This document shows positions 7,509 to 15,821 of a DNA stretch of 64,000 nucleotides, piece after piece (position 1 is the stretch's first letter; each line of letters starts with the position of its first letter). The notes beneath the pieces are model-generated. The model was not told the origin of the DNA and made no database searches. It saw only the letters and a list, made by a program, of their open reading frames with translations. Location of the stretch: positions 9,998-73,997 of the forward strand of contig JASHNT010000116.1 in the NCBI GenBank assembly GCA_030041495.1, written 5' to 3'. This DNA comes from Bryobacteraceae bacterium (GTDB lineage: Bacteria; Acidobacteriota; Terriglobia; Bryobacterales; Bryobacteraceae). The translations under genes and the position numbers were made by a program.

Positions 7509-8864
7509 TTAAACCAGGCCGGTGAGGCGGCCTTCGCTATCGCCGATCGAATCCTGATGGATGCCGTACAGATCCAGAATGCTCAGCAGCAGATTGCCGG
7601 TGGGAACCTGCTTCTGCGGATAGTGGAGATGGCGTCCGCCCTGGAGCTTGCCGTTCATGCCGCCCACCAGCACGTGCGGAACGTCGTAATGAACGTGCTG
7701 ATTGGAGTTGCCCATGTTGCTGCCGTAGAGCACCAGCGAGTGATCGAGCAGGGTGCCGTCGCCATCCTGGGTCTTGGAGAGCTTGTCGACCAGGTGCGCC
7801 AGCATCTTGATGTGATACTGGTTGATCTTGGACAGCAGGGCGATCTGGCGCGGATCTTCCCCGTGATGCGAGACGCCGTGGAATCCGGACGTCGGCGCTT
7901 CGCTTTCCGGATAGGTGCGGCCGGTGAGATCGCGCGCGAACAAGAGAGTGCCGACTCGCGTGATATCGGCCTGGAAGGCGAGAGCCATCAGGTCGAACTG
8001 GAGCTTGATGTGTTCGTCGAAGCTCTGCGGCACGCCGACCGGAACGGGCATATCGGTGGGCGCGACGGCGGAAGCCTTCATCGCGATTTGCAGGCGGCGC
8101 TCGATTTCGCGGACGTTTTCGGTGTAATTGTCGATACGGGCGCGGTCCGGAGCGCTGGATTCATTACGCAAACGGGTGAGGCTGCCCGAGAGCGAATCCA
8201 GGATGCTGCCGTCGCGCTGGCGGCGCTTGGCGCGCAGCTCCGGCGTGCTGCCGTCGCCGAACATGCGCTCGAAGACCACCTGCGGGTTCAGCTCCATCGG
8301 CAGAGGATCGGTGGGCGAGGCCCAGGAGATGGTGTTGGTGTAGGTGCAGCTATAGCCTTCGCCGCAGTTGCTGGAGTTGGCTCCCGGGTCTTCGACCGCG
8401 CACTGCATGGAGGGCATGAGATTGTCCTGGCCGATGCGCTGGGCGATGATCTGGTCGATGGTGGTGCCGCACTGAATGTCGGCGCCGGTGGTCTTCTTGG
8501 GCTTGACGGCGCACATGAAGGCGGCGGCGACCCAGTGGTCCGCGCCGGTGGCGCCGGGAGGCGGTTCGGCCGAACGGGAGTGCAGGCCGCTCAGGATGAC
8601 GGTCTGTTTGACGAACGGCTCGAGCGGCTTCCAGTTGAAGGGCAGAGCGGATTCGAGCGCGCCCTCCTTTTCCGGGACCCAGTAGCCCGGGGCTGCGCCG
8701 TGCGGGACGAAGCAGCCGACGAACCGGGGCTTGGGCGTGGCGGCGGTCTGCGCCAGGGCTGTCGCGGCCGGGATCATCGCATCGAGCAGAGGTAGAGCGA
8801 GGGTCGCAGAGGCGCTGCGCAGGACTCTGCGGCGGGACATGTGCTTTTTGGTGAGGAACGTCAT
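7509..8864 (-). CDS. DUF1552 domain protein with Tat-type signal
   Basis: 451 aa. Twin-arginine leader SRRRVLRSASATLALPLL. Family-typical segments include FVPHGAAPGYW, ITRVGTLLFARD and LVLYGSNMGNSNQHVHYDVPHVLVGG. AGGAGA lies 9 nt before the ATG. Confidence 0.8.
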   Translation of the reverse strand: MTFLTKKHMSRRRVLRSASATLALPLLDAMIPAATALAQTAATPKPRFVGCFVPHGAAPGYWVPEKEGALESALPFNWKPLEPFVKQTVILSGLHSRSAEPPPGATGADHWVAAAFMCAVKPKKTTGADIQCGTTIDQIIAQRIGQDNLMPSMQCAVEDPGANSSNCGEGYSCTYTNTISWASPTDPLPMELNPQVVFERMFGDGSTPELRAKRRQRDGSILDSLSGSLTRLRNESSAPDRARIDNYTENVREIERRLQIAMKASAVAPTDMPVPVGVPQSFDEHIKLQFDLMALAFQADITRVGTLLFARDLTGRTYPESEAPTSGFHGVSHHGEDPRQIALLSKINQYHIKMLAHLVDKLSKTQDGDGTLLDHSLVLYGSNMGNSNQHVHYDVPHVLVGGMNGKLQGGRHLHYPQKQVPTGNLLLSILDLYGIHQDSIGDSEGRLTGLV

Positions 8865-8959
8865 CGCTAACTTTCTCCTATCCTAACTAAACCATCCTTA
8901 ACTGCCAGCCTTAAGCTCAACTTCAAACTAACTTACCGCGTTTTCAATTCATTTACGTT

Positions 8960-11365
8960 TCAGCGGGAGGCCCGCTCTTGATTACCTTCGACCGGCGCCT
9001 TCGCGTCGAGCGACTTCATGTTGGACTGAAAAACTGGGCTGTTCACGATGCCCAGAACGATGGAAGAAAACTTGTTGCCGGGTGCAGCCTGGCGCACGAT
9101 GGAGCGCACCAGAGGCATGTCCTGATAATCGAGGCCGCGGCCCAGTGCGTACGTGAGCAGCTTCTCGGTAACGACGCGCTCAAACTGCTCGGAGTGAGTC
9201 ACCAGGTAAGCGCGCAGATCGGCGACACCGTTAACTTTGGTGCCATCCACCAGAACGCCGCTGGCGTCGATGGGGCTGTCGCCGTCCCGGGTGCGCCAGG
9301 TCCCAACGGCGTCGAAGTTTTCGAGCGCGAGTCCCATGGGTTCGAAAATCTTATGGCACGTCGCGCAAGCCGGGTTGGTGTGGTGCAACTCCAAAGTCTC
9401 CCGCATGGTCGGGATTTTGGTGTTGCCGGTCGGGTCCACCGGCGGCTCCTTGGGCTTGGGCACGTTTGGCGGAGGATCCGGCGGGCTGACGCCGAGGAAC
9501 GTTTGGAGGAACCACTTGCCGCGGGCGACCGGCGAAGTCCGGGCCGCGTTGGAGGTCAGCGTCATCAGCGCCCCTTTGCCGAGCAAACCGCGGCGCATGT
9601 CCAGGTCCGCCGGCAACTCGATGTGACGGAACTGCGGCCCGTAGATGTCGGGGATTCCATATTGCTTGGCGAGCCGCTCATTGACAAAGGTGTCGTTGGC
9701 GGTCAGCAGATCCAGAATGTTACGGTCTTGATGAATCACGCTGCCGAAAAACAACTCGATTTCCTCGCGATAGGCGTTGCGCAGATTGTCGTCGAAATCC
9801 GGGAACAGATTGACGACCGGCTCATCGGTCTGGAGCGAGCGCACACTCAACCACTGGCCGGTGAAGTTGGTGACCAAGGATTGGGAGCGCGGATCGGCCA
9901 GCATGCGACGCACTTCTTTGTCCAGCACCGCGCTTTCATGCAACTTGTTCTGCGAAGCGAGATCGATCAGTTCGTCATCCGGTACGCTGCTCCACAGGAA
10001 GAAGGAGAGGCGCGAGGCCAGAGCCATATCGCTAATGCGATAGGTCTTGCCGGCGGCGAGGCCCGTGGGTTCCGGCTCCAGACGGTAGACGAATTCGGGG
10101 TCGGCGAGCACCCGCTGCACTACGGCTTCAATTCCATCGTTAAACGTTCCGCCATCGGCCCGGCCGTCCTGGTAGAACTTCATCAGACCATCCACGTCGG
10201 CCTTGGTCGAGGGGCGGCGGTAGGCGTGCTTCACCAGGTTCGCTGCAATGGTGCGGGCGCAGGAGGGTTCCTCGGCGGCGTTAGGCGGACGGCACACGAA
10301 TAGCTTGTGGAGCGCGGCGGTGTCGCTGGCGCCTTCGGCTCCGAACGGTCCTTCGATCCAGACCTGGCCAACATGAGGATAAAAGAGGAAGCCGGGAATC
10401 GAACCGGGCGTGTTCATGGTGCGCTCGAAGGGGCGGTTCAATTCGCTTCCCGGAATGTCGTTGGTGGCGAGGAAGGTCACGCCGACGGTGTGCAACCCGG
10501 CTTTGATCGGGATGCGCTGGGTGGATTTGCCGTTGCCGGTGGTGTTGGAGATGTCACGGTCCCAATCGAAGAGATGTACGCGTTCTCCGTCCACCGTCAC
10601 TTCAAGTTGCTCGCCTTTGACTCCGCCGAGTACGGCCTGGAAATAGCCGGTGACTCCCTTTACCTTGAAAGAATATTCGGCGTCGGCGGGGAACTGATAT
10701 TTGATGAGAATTCCGCCGCGGGTGCCGAAGGGCAGCCCTTCGACGTGAAAGTTCTGGGCGGTATCAGCGGGCACTTCAAAGACCGCTTGCGAGGGCGAAG
10801 TGACGTCACCCACCGCGAGGCGGCTGATTTTGCCGGCGGCCGAAATATAGGCTTCGAGCAGGGCGGGCGAAAGGGTCAGCGCGCCGGCGATGTTATCGAA
10901 GCCGCGGGTGGAATCGTCAGACGGAAGAAACTTGCTGGCGTCGACCTGAAGGCCTAGCACGTCGCGGACGGCGTTGGTGTATTCGGCGCGATTCAGGCGA
11001 TGCAGGCCGGGAGGCGGAAGATAAGTGACCGCGCTACGGTCGAGCTCGCCCTCCATCCAGGTGACCATCGAGTTCACCGTGGCAGCATCCGGCCGGCGCA
11101 TACCGGAGGGAGGCATCATGCCGGCGCGCAGCTTGCGGACGATTTTTTCGCCAATTTCGGCGTGATCGCCCAGGTGCGCGACATCGAGCTGGTCCAAGAG
11201 AAGATTGGCGGTCCTGGCCCTGGAGTTGTGGCAGGTGACGCAGTATTTATCGAGAACCGCGCGAGTGCTGGTGGCGGTAGCCGGCGCGGTCGGCGCGGAC
11301 TGGCCCCACAGAAGCATCGCCCAGAGCGGTAGGGAGCATCCAACTACGATAAGCTTCGTTCTCAC
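8960..11365 (-). CDS. DUF1592/DUF1588/DUF1587/DUF1585-type protein with N-terminal cytochrome c motif
   Basis: 801 aa. GTG start with AGGAGG 4 nt upstream. Signal peptide, then the CxxCH haem motif (KYCVTCHNS). This is the usual upstream partner of DUF1552 in Planctomycetes and Acidobacteria. Confidence 0.8.
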   Translation of the reverse strand: MRTKLIVVGCSLPLWAMLLWGQSAPTAPATATSTRAVLDKYCVTCHNSRARTANLLLDQLDVAHLGDHAEIGEKIVRKLRAGMMPPSGMRRPDAATVNSMVTWMEGELDRSAVTYLPPPGLHRLNRAEYTNAVRDVLGLQVDASKFLPSDDSTRGFDNIAGALTLSPALLEAYISAAGKISRLAVGDVTSPSQAVFEVPADTAQNFHVEGLPFGTRGGILIKYQFPADAEYSFKVKGVTGYFQAVLGGVKGEQLEVTVDGERVHLFDWDRDISNTTGNGKSTQRIPIKAGLHTVGVTFLATNDIPGSELNRPFERTMNTPGSIPGFLFYPHVGQVWIEGPFGAEGASDTAALHKLFVCRPPNAAEEPSCARTIAANLVKHAYRRPSTKADVDGLMKFYQDGRADGGTFNDGIEAVVQRVLADPEFVYRLEPEPTGLAAGKTYRISDMALASRLSFFLWSSVPDDELIDLASQNKLHESAVLDKEVRRMLADPRSQSLVTNFTGQWLSVRSLQTDEPVVNLFPDFDDNLRNAYREEIELFFGSVIHQDRNILDLLTANDTFVNERLAKQYGIPDIYGPQFRHIELPADLDMRRGLLGKGALMTLTSNAARTSPVARGKWFLQTFLGVSPPDPPPNVPKPKEPPVDPTGNTKIPTMRETLELHHTNPACATCHKIFEPMGLALENFDAVGTWRTRDGDSPIDASGVLVDGTKVNGVADLRAYLVTHSEQFERVVTEKLLTYALGRGLDYQDMPLVRSIVRQAAPGNKFSSIVLGIVNSPVFQSNMKSLDAKAPVEGNQERASR

Positions 11366-11543
11366 ACATCCTCCTGAAGATGTTCAACCGCCGGCATCCT
11401 CAAATATCGGCTTTCGCCTTGACGGAGATCATACCATTCCGGAGCCCGGTTGAGAAGGGCCACTTAGTACCATCTCCGGAGCAGGCCCGGCCGGTCGCGG
11501 GCCTGCAAACAATCGAGTTAAGTCCAGTCGTCACGGTCTTGTT

Positions 11544-11578
11544 CCCGGTTACCGGGATCATGCTCTCGGTTACCGAGG
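11544..11578. promoter_or_regulatory. two adjacent palindromes, CCCGGTTACCGGG (11544-11556) and CTCGGTTACCGAGG (11565-11578), about 200 nt upstream of the DUF1592 start
   Basis: Read directly. The second is identical as a 14-mer to the palindrome at the padR start (14701-14714). With flanks, both sites read CTCGGTWACCGAGGATAT. Confidence 0.5.
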
Positions 11579-11645
11579 ATATGGCAAGCGAGAGGCGTTG
11601 TCAAGAGAATTCTTTCGCGCATGTTTTTTTCGGCGGAAGGGTGCG

Positions 11646-14351
11646 CTATTCCTTGAGGGAAGCGGCGGGATCGAGGGCGGCGGCGCGGCGCGCCGGGAGC
11701 CAGGAAGCGGCCACGGCGATGGCCAAAAACAGGGCGGCCGTGCCCAGGAAAGTCAAAGGATCAGCGGGGTGAACGCCGACCAGCAGGCCGGTCATGGCTC
11801 GCGTGAGCAGGAGCGAAGTCAGAACGCCGGCGGCCAACCCGGTGGCGCTGAGCAACATGCCGCGGCCGACCACCAGGCGGAAGACGGCCGAAGGAGTAGC
11901 TCCCATGGCGACGCGGATGCCGATTTCAGAGGTGCGCTGGCGGACCATGGTCGCGAGGATTCCGTACAGGCCCAGGCCGGCGAGGAGGGCGGCGATGGCG
12001 GCGAAGACTCCGATGAGGAGCACCGAGAAGCGTGTCTTCGATTCCGCGCGCTCGACGTACGCGAGCATGCGCGGCATGCCGGAAACGGCTATGTTCTTAT
12101 CGAGTTTTTCAACTTCAGCCCGGATGGCCGCGGTGCACTTGGCCCGATCCCCCGACGTGCGCACGGCCCAATAGCCGGAGATGGGATAACCGGCGAGAGC
12201 TTCGGTGGAGTAAATTTGTTCGCGGCCGATTTCGGCAAGGGAGGCATTGCGCAGATGCGGGACGATGCCGATGATCTCGTAGCGCTGCGGGCCCTGACCG
12301 GGAATAGAGACAAGCAGACGCTTGCCGAGGGCGGATTCCTGCGGGAACTCGCGGGCGGCCAGCAAATCGTCGACGATGATGACCCGGCTTGCGGGGGAGT
12401 CGTCCTCGGGCATAAAGCCGCGGCCCTCGAGGATGGGAGTGTGCAGAGCCTCGAAGTAACCCGGGCGCACAGACTGGTAATCGGCAGCGCCGGCGATAGT
12501 ATCGGCCGGCTCATCTTCTTTGCCCCAGCGGACCACCTGATACCCTTCCGCCAGAGGCAAGGCGCTGCTGGAAGTGACCGCTTTGACCTCCGGGAGCGCG
12601 CGGAGCCGGGACTCAAGTTCCGATCCAAAAGCGGCCCGCGCCCGCGCGTCGCGCTGCAGTCCGGTCATGCGAAAAATCAAGACATCGCGAGGATCGTAGC
12701 CGAGGCCGATATGGCGCATGGCCAAAAAGCTCCGGAACATGAGCCCGGAGCCGGTGAGCAAGACGAAAGAGAGCGCGATCTCTGCCGTGACGATTGCGTT
12801 GCGGAATTTTGTTCCGCCTCTTCCGCTGGAGGCGATCGCCCCGTTGGAGCGCAGGATGCGAATGACGTCGGGCCGTGCGGCGCGCCACGCGGTGACTGCG
12901 CCGAGGAGCACGGCGGCGGCCGCGGTGGCGAGGACCGCGAAGGCGATCTCGGCTCCGGTGAGGCCGATGGCGTTGAGCCGCGGCAGACTGGCCAATCCAG
13001 GCGTCAGCGGCGTTTCATGCTGGACGCCGCGGATCGCGGCCCAGGCAAGGGCGACGCCCAGCGTTCCGCCGATGCCGGCCAACACCAGAGCCTCCGCAAT
13101 CAATTGACGGGTGAGCCGGAACCTGGTTCCTCCCAGAGAAGCGCGCATGGCAAATTCGCGCTCGCGAGTCGATGTCCGGATCAGCAGGAGATTGGCGACG
13201 TTCGCGCAGGCGATCAACAACAGAAAGACCACCGAGCCGGTCAGAGCCAGAATGGTCGGCTGGACTTCCGCTACTAAATAATGACGCATGGGCTCCAGCC
13301 GGATGGCGAACCCGGAAGTCGCTTTGACCGCGAATTTTTGCTCGAAGCCGGCGGCAATCGCATCCAGAACTGGCTGCGCTTGGGCAATCGTCATTCCCGG
13401 CTTCAGCCTTCCGATCATGCGCAACGCCGCAGCGTTGCGTCCGGCGTTGGAATTGCTGACGCGCAGAGGGAGCCACACGTCGGGGCTGCGCTCTAGCCCA
13501 AGACGAGGCGGCAGAAGCAGCTCAAACCCGGGCCCGGTCACGCCGATGACGACAGCCCCGATTTCCGGGATGGGCCGTCCCACGACGGTCTGATCGCCGC
13601 CGTAGCGGCGTTGCCAGTATTCGTAACTGAGGATTGCGGGCTCGGGCTGGCCAGTTCCGGCTTGCCCATCCGCTTCGCTGAAACCTCTCCCCAGGATGGT
13701 TTTCGCGCCGAGCAAGGGCAAAAGGTCCGACGTTGCGGATTGAATATGCACCTGCTCCGGCGTCCCGTCCGCCTTCAGGATCACTGTGCTGCGATTCGCG
13801 ATGGCCACCGCGGCCACCTCTTCGAAGACGGCCATCGATTCGTTGCGGATGTCGGCGAAATCGGGCGAGGACATTGGATAATCCTCGACGCCGCGCTTGG
13901 GCATGTCGCGCAGGGCCATGAAGAGGCGGCTGGAATCGGGGTAGGGAAGAGGGCGCAGGAGTACCGCGTCGGTGACGCTGAAAATCGCCGTGCTCATGCC
14001 GATGCCGAGCGCGATGGTCAGCGCGGCGGTGACGGCGAAGACGGGCGCGTTGCGGAGAGTGCGAAAGGCGTAGAGCGCGTCCTTGACCAAGTCCTCGAGG
14101 GGGTGGATGCGGCGCACGTCGCGGCATTCCTGCTTGACGTGCGCGATGCGGTGCTGGCCTCGCTGGGCGCGGTGGCGGGCTTCGGCGGGATCGATGCCGC
14201 GGTCGATGTCCTCCTGAATCTGGCGCTCCAGGTGGAAACTGAGCTCTTCATCGAGTTCGGCCTCGGACTGGCTGCGCTGGAGGACGCTGTGCAGCCACAC
14301 AGGGCCTCCATAGACGATGCTGTAGAGCCAGTGCCGCGGGCGCAGGGTCAT
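11646..14351 (-). CDS. ADOP-family duplicated MacB/FtsX-like ABC permease
   Basis: 901 aa. Two MacB_PCD plus FtsX halves, and an N-terminal extension (SEAELDEELSFHLERQIQEDIDRG) typical of the acidobacterial duplicated orphan permease family. It sits 3 nt downstream of padR. Confidence 0.85.
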   Translation of the reverse strand: MTLRPRHWLYSIVYGGPVWLHSVLQRSQSEAELDEELSFHLERQIQEDIDRGIDPAEARHRAQRGQHRIAHVKQECRDVRRIHPLEDLVKDALYAFRTLRNAPVFAVTAALTIALGIGMSTAIFSVTDAVLLRPLPYPDSSRLFMALRDMPKRGVEDYPMSSPDFADIRNESMAVFEEVAAVAIANRSTVILKADGTPEQVHIQSATSDLLPLLGAKTILGRGFSEADGQAGTGQPEPAILSYEYWQRRYGGDQTVVGRPIPEIGAVVIGVTGPGFELLLPPRLGLERSPDVWLPLRVSNSNAGRNAAALRMIGRLKPGMTIAQAQPVLDAIAAGFEQKFAVKATSGFAIRLEPMRHYLVAEVQPTILALTGSVVFLLLIACANVANLLLIRTSTREREFAMRASLGGTRFRLTRQLIAEALVLAGIGGTLGVALAWAAIRGVQHETPLTPGLASLPRLNAIGLTGAEIAFAVLATAAAAVLLGAVTAWRAARPDVIRILRSNGAIASSGRGGTKFRNAIVTAEIALSFVLLTGSGLMFRSFLAMRHIGLGYDPRDVLIFRMTGLQRDARARAAFGSELESRLRALPEVKAVTSSSALPLAEGYQVVRWGKEDEPADTIAGAADYQSVRPGYFEALHTPILEGRGFMPEDDSPASRVIIVDDLLAAREFPQESALGKRLLVSIPGQGPQRYEIIGIVPHLRNASLAEIGREQIYSTEALAGYPISGYWAVRTSGDRAKCTAAIRAEVEKLDKNIAVSGMPRMLAYVERAESKTRFSVLLIGVFAAIAALLAGLGLYGILATMVRQRTSEIGIRVAMGATPSAVFRLVVGRGMLLSATGLAAGVLTSLLLTRAMTGLLVGVHPADPLTFLGTAALFLAIAVAASWLPARRAAALDPAASLKE

Positions 14352-14354
14352 GAG

Positions 14355-14693
14355 TCAATTCAAGTCGGGAAGCTGCACTACATTAGTTATAGCCGTGGAG
14401 AGGCGCGCCCAGTCTGCGGCCTGGCGGTCGAGCTCCTTGCGGCCAAGGCGCGTCAGCGCGTAAAACTTGGCGCGGCGGCCAAGCTCGGAGGTTTTCCATT
14501 CGGCCTTGATCCAACCTTCTTGCTCCAACTTGTGGAGGGCTGGATAGAGCGAGCCATCACTGACTTGCAGAATGTTGGAAGAGACTTGGGTCAAGCGCTG
14601 GCTGATGGCCCATCCGTGGAGGGGCTCCAGCGCCAGAATTTTCAAAAGCAGAAGGTCCAGAGTGCCCTGGACTAAGTCGGCTGGCCGGCTCAT
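14355..14693 (-). CDS. PadR family transcriptional regulator (acidobacterial type)
   Basis: 112 aa. LLLKILALEPLHGWAISQRL...GSLYPALHKLEQEGWIKAEWKTSELGRRAKFYALTRLGRKEL is the classic PadR winged-helix pattern. Confidence 0.9.
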   Translation of the reverse strand: MSRPADLVQGTLDLLLLKILALEPLHGWAISQRLTQVSSNILQVSDGSLYPALHKLEQEGWIKAEWKTSELGRRAKFYALTRLGRKELDRQAADWARLSTAITNVVQLPDLN

Positions 14694-14699
14694 ATATAT

Positions 14700-14714
14700 C
14701 CTCGGTTACCGAGG
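14700..14714. promoter_or_regulatory. 15-bp perfect palindrome CCTCGGTTACCGAGG, 6 nt upstream of the padR ATG and overlapping its SD (GAGG); candidate PadR operator
   Basis: Read directly. Arms are 7 bp with a 1-nt centre. The same core recurs at 11565-11578. Confidence 0.5.
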
Positions 14715-14736
14715 CTATTACAGAATGGAGCGGGTG

Positions 14737-14800
14737 TCAAGGGGAAATGAGGGGGATTCAAGGGGGTGGATTGGGAATATCAAGGAAACTGGAGGGGCAG
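14737..14800 (+). repeat. three imperfect 21-22-bp direct repeats (TCAAGGrr..TGr..GGG), G-rich; contains the G-quadruplex-type motif G4-N6-G5-N6-G5-N6-G3 (14741-14775)
   Basis: TCAAGGGGAAATGAGGGGGAT / TCAAGGGGGTGGATTGGGAATA / TCAAGGAAACTGGAGGGGCAG, starting at 14737, 14758 and 14780. Confidence 0.6.
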
Positions 14801-14936
14801 TGGTGGCGGTAGCCGTCGCTGGGGAAGTCCTTCCATTGCGCCGCAATAGGTGGCCGCTCGTCCGGAGACTTGCATTTGCGAGACCCAGAGATTCTGATAG
14901 CATTGCTCAATGTCGAAGATCATCCGTTAGAAATTT

Positions 14937-15092
14937 ATGGGAAGCTGGCTGTTTTTCTGGCTTCTCTGCATTACGGTCATCTTGATTCCCGTGGCGATCC
15001 TGTATCTCCTGAACGGCACGCTTCGAATAGAAGACGAGATGACCGATCCGGAGCAATTCATTTCCGCCTTCCGGGCCCGGAAGCGAAATTAG
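14937..15092 (+). CDS. possible small single-pass membrane protein (51 aa), below the ORF-track size cutoff
   Basis: My translation: MGSWLFFWLLCITVILIPVAILYLLNGTLRIEDEMTDPEQFISAFRARKRN*. It has one clear hydrophobic helix and a charged tail. No convincing SD. The local GC looks lower than in the flanks. Confidence 0.3.
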   Translation: MGSWLFFWLLCITVILIPVAILYLLNGTLRIEDEMTDPEQFISAFRARKRN

Positions 15093-15170
15093 GCTGTTCC
15101 GGGAATCGACCCATTGAAACGCGCGTGGTCTCGCGCATCAGTCCGGGACTTGAGCTCCAGCCCGATTACG

Positions 15171-15626
15171 CTACTCGCAGATCTGCGGCGTCGAGGGCTT
15201 GATGAATTTGGCAGTGAAGTTTCCCTCGATTTTCCTTCCATCCTTGAAGGTGACCACAAATTTCCCGGACACCGATTTCAGGCCGCCCCTCCATCCGTGA
15301 GACACTCGTACTATCTGGATCTTGCCCCGCCCAAAGATGTCGCATTGCGCCGACGGCGCGCAGTCCACCGTGGCCTCTACCTCGATCGAGTCCTTTTTCT
15401 GCGCCAGAATAGACTCGTCAGGCACATTGAATTCGAGCGCTTTCTCCGGGCCATCGGTTTGAAAGCCAACCAATTTCAGACGGTATCTCTCGAAAAGAGA
15501 GCAGCTCGCAAGCCGCATTGAGCCGCTTGCATCCGCTGCGGGGGCCGGCGGGATGAAGAGTGAGAGACAACAGATGACGCGCCCTAGAAAGGTCAGTCTA
15601 CGGATCGGAGCCAAGCACTCACACAT
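15171..15626 (-). CDS. hypothetical secreted protein
   Basis: Part of ORF 15171..15839. The internal ATG at 15626 gives MCECLAPIRRLTFLGRVICCLSLFIPPAPAADA, which is signal-like. The longer form would overlap the start of the opposing 1231-aa gene. Confidence 0.5.
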   Translation of the reverse strand: MCECLAPIRRLTFLGRVICCLSLFIPPAPAADASGSMRLASCSLFERYRLKLVGFQTDGPEKALEFNVPDESILAQKKDSIEVEATVDCAPSAQCDIFGRGKIQIVRVSHGWRGGLKSVSGKFVVTFKDGRKIEGNFTAKFIKPSTPQICE

Positions 15627-15821
15627 GGCCGCAGGACCAACTCTTGCACGTAAGGTATCGAAGCACCAGCCGGATTCACCGGCCACGTCCTGCCGCCGGC
15701 AGTCGTGCTCTTGAAACCGAACTGACGAGGGGGCGGGGAGAAAGCCCGCTCGACGTACCGATGCGCTATGCTTTAGGCATCTTGTAGCCCGAGTTTGGTC
15801 TGAGACGGTGTTGGAGGTTTC

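Noticed and set aside
7353-8795. Long antisense ORFs opposite well-supported genes. This one is 480 aa. Others include 8978..10303, 11598..13277, 13611..14675, 16422..17480, 18108..19037, 23183..24256, 24042..24911, 27254..28246, 28717..30141, 32426..33334, 40073..41476, 45707..46918, 46878..48080, 53307..54524 and 59666..60529.
   Set aside because: These are typical high-GC shadow ORFs. They are Arg/Ala/Gly/Pro-rich and have no recognisable motifs, signal peptides or SD sequences. Each fully overlaps a gene with clear family signatures on the other strand.
11380-11772. Plus-strand ORF whose internal ATG (11581) sits right after the GAGG of the palindrome, mimicking the padR SD-ATG arrangement.
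   Set aside because: The product (MASERRCQENSFAHVFFGGRV...) is not protein-like, and it overlaps the 3' end of the ADOP permease gene. The resemblance stems from the shared palindrome flank, not a gene.
14870-15202. 110-aa ORF in the padR upstream gap.
   Set aside because: Its composition is Arg/Ser/Pro-rich with no features. It overlaps the more protein-like 51-codon ORF in another frame and runs into the 3' end of the opposing gene at 15171.
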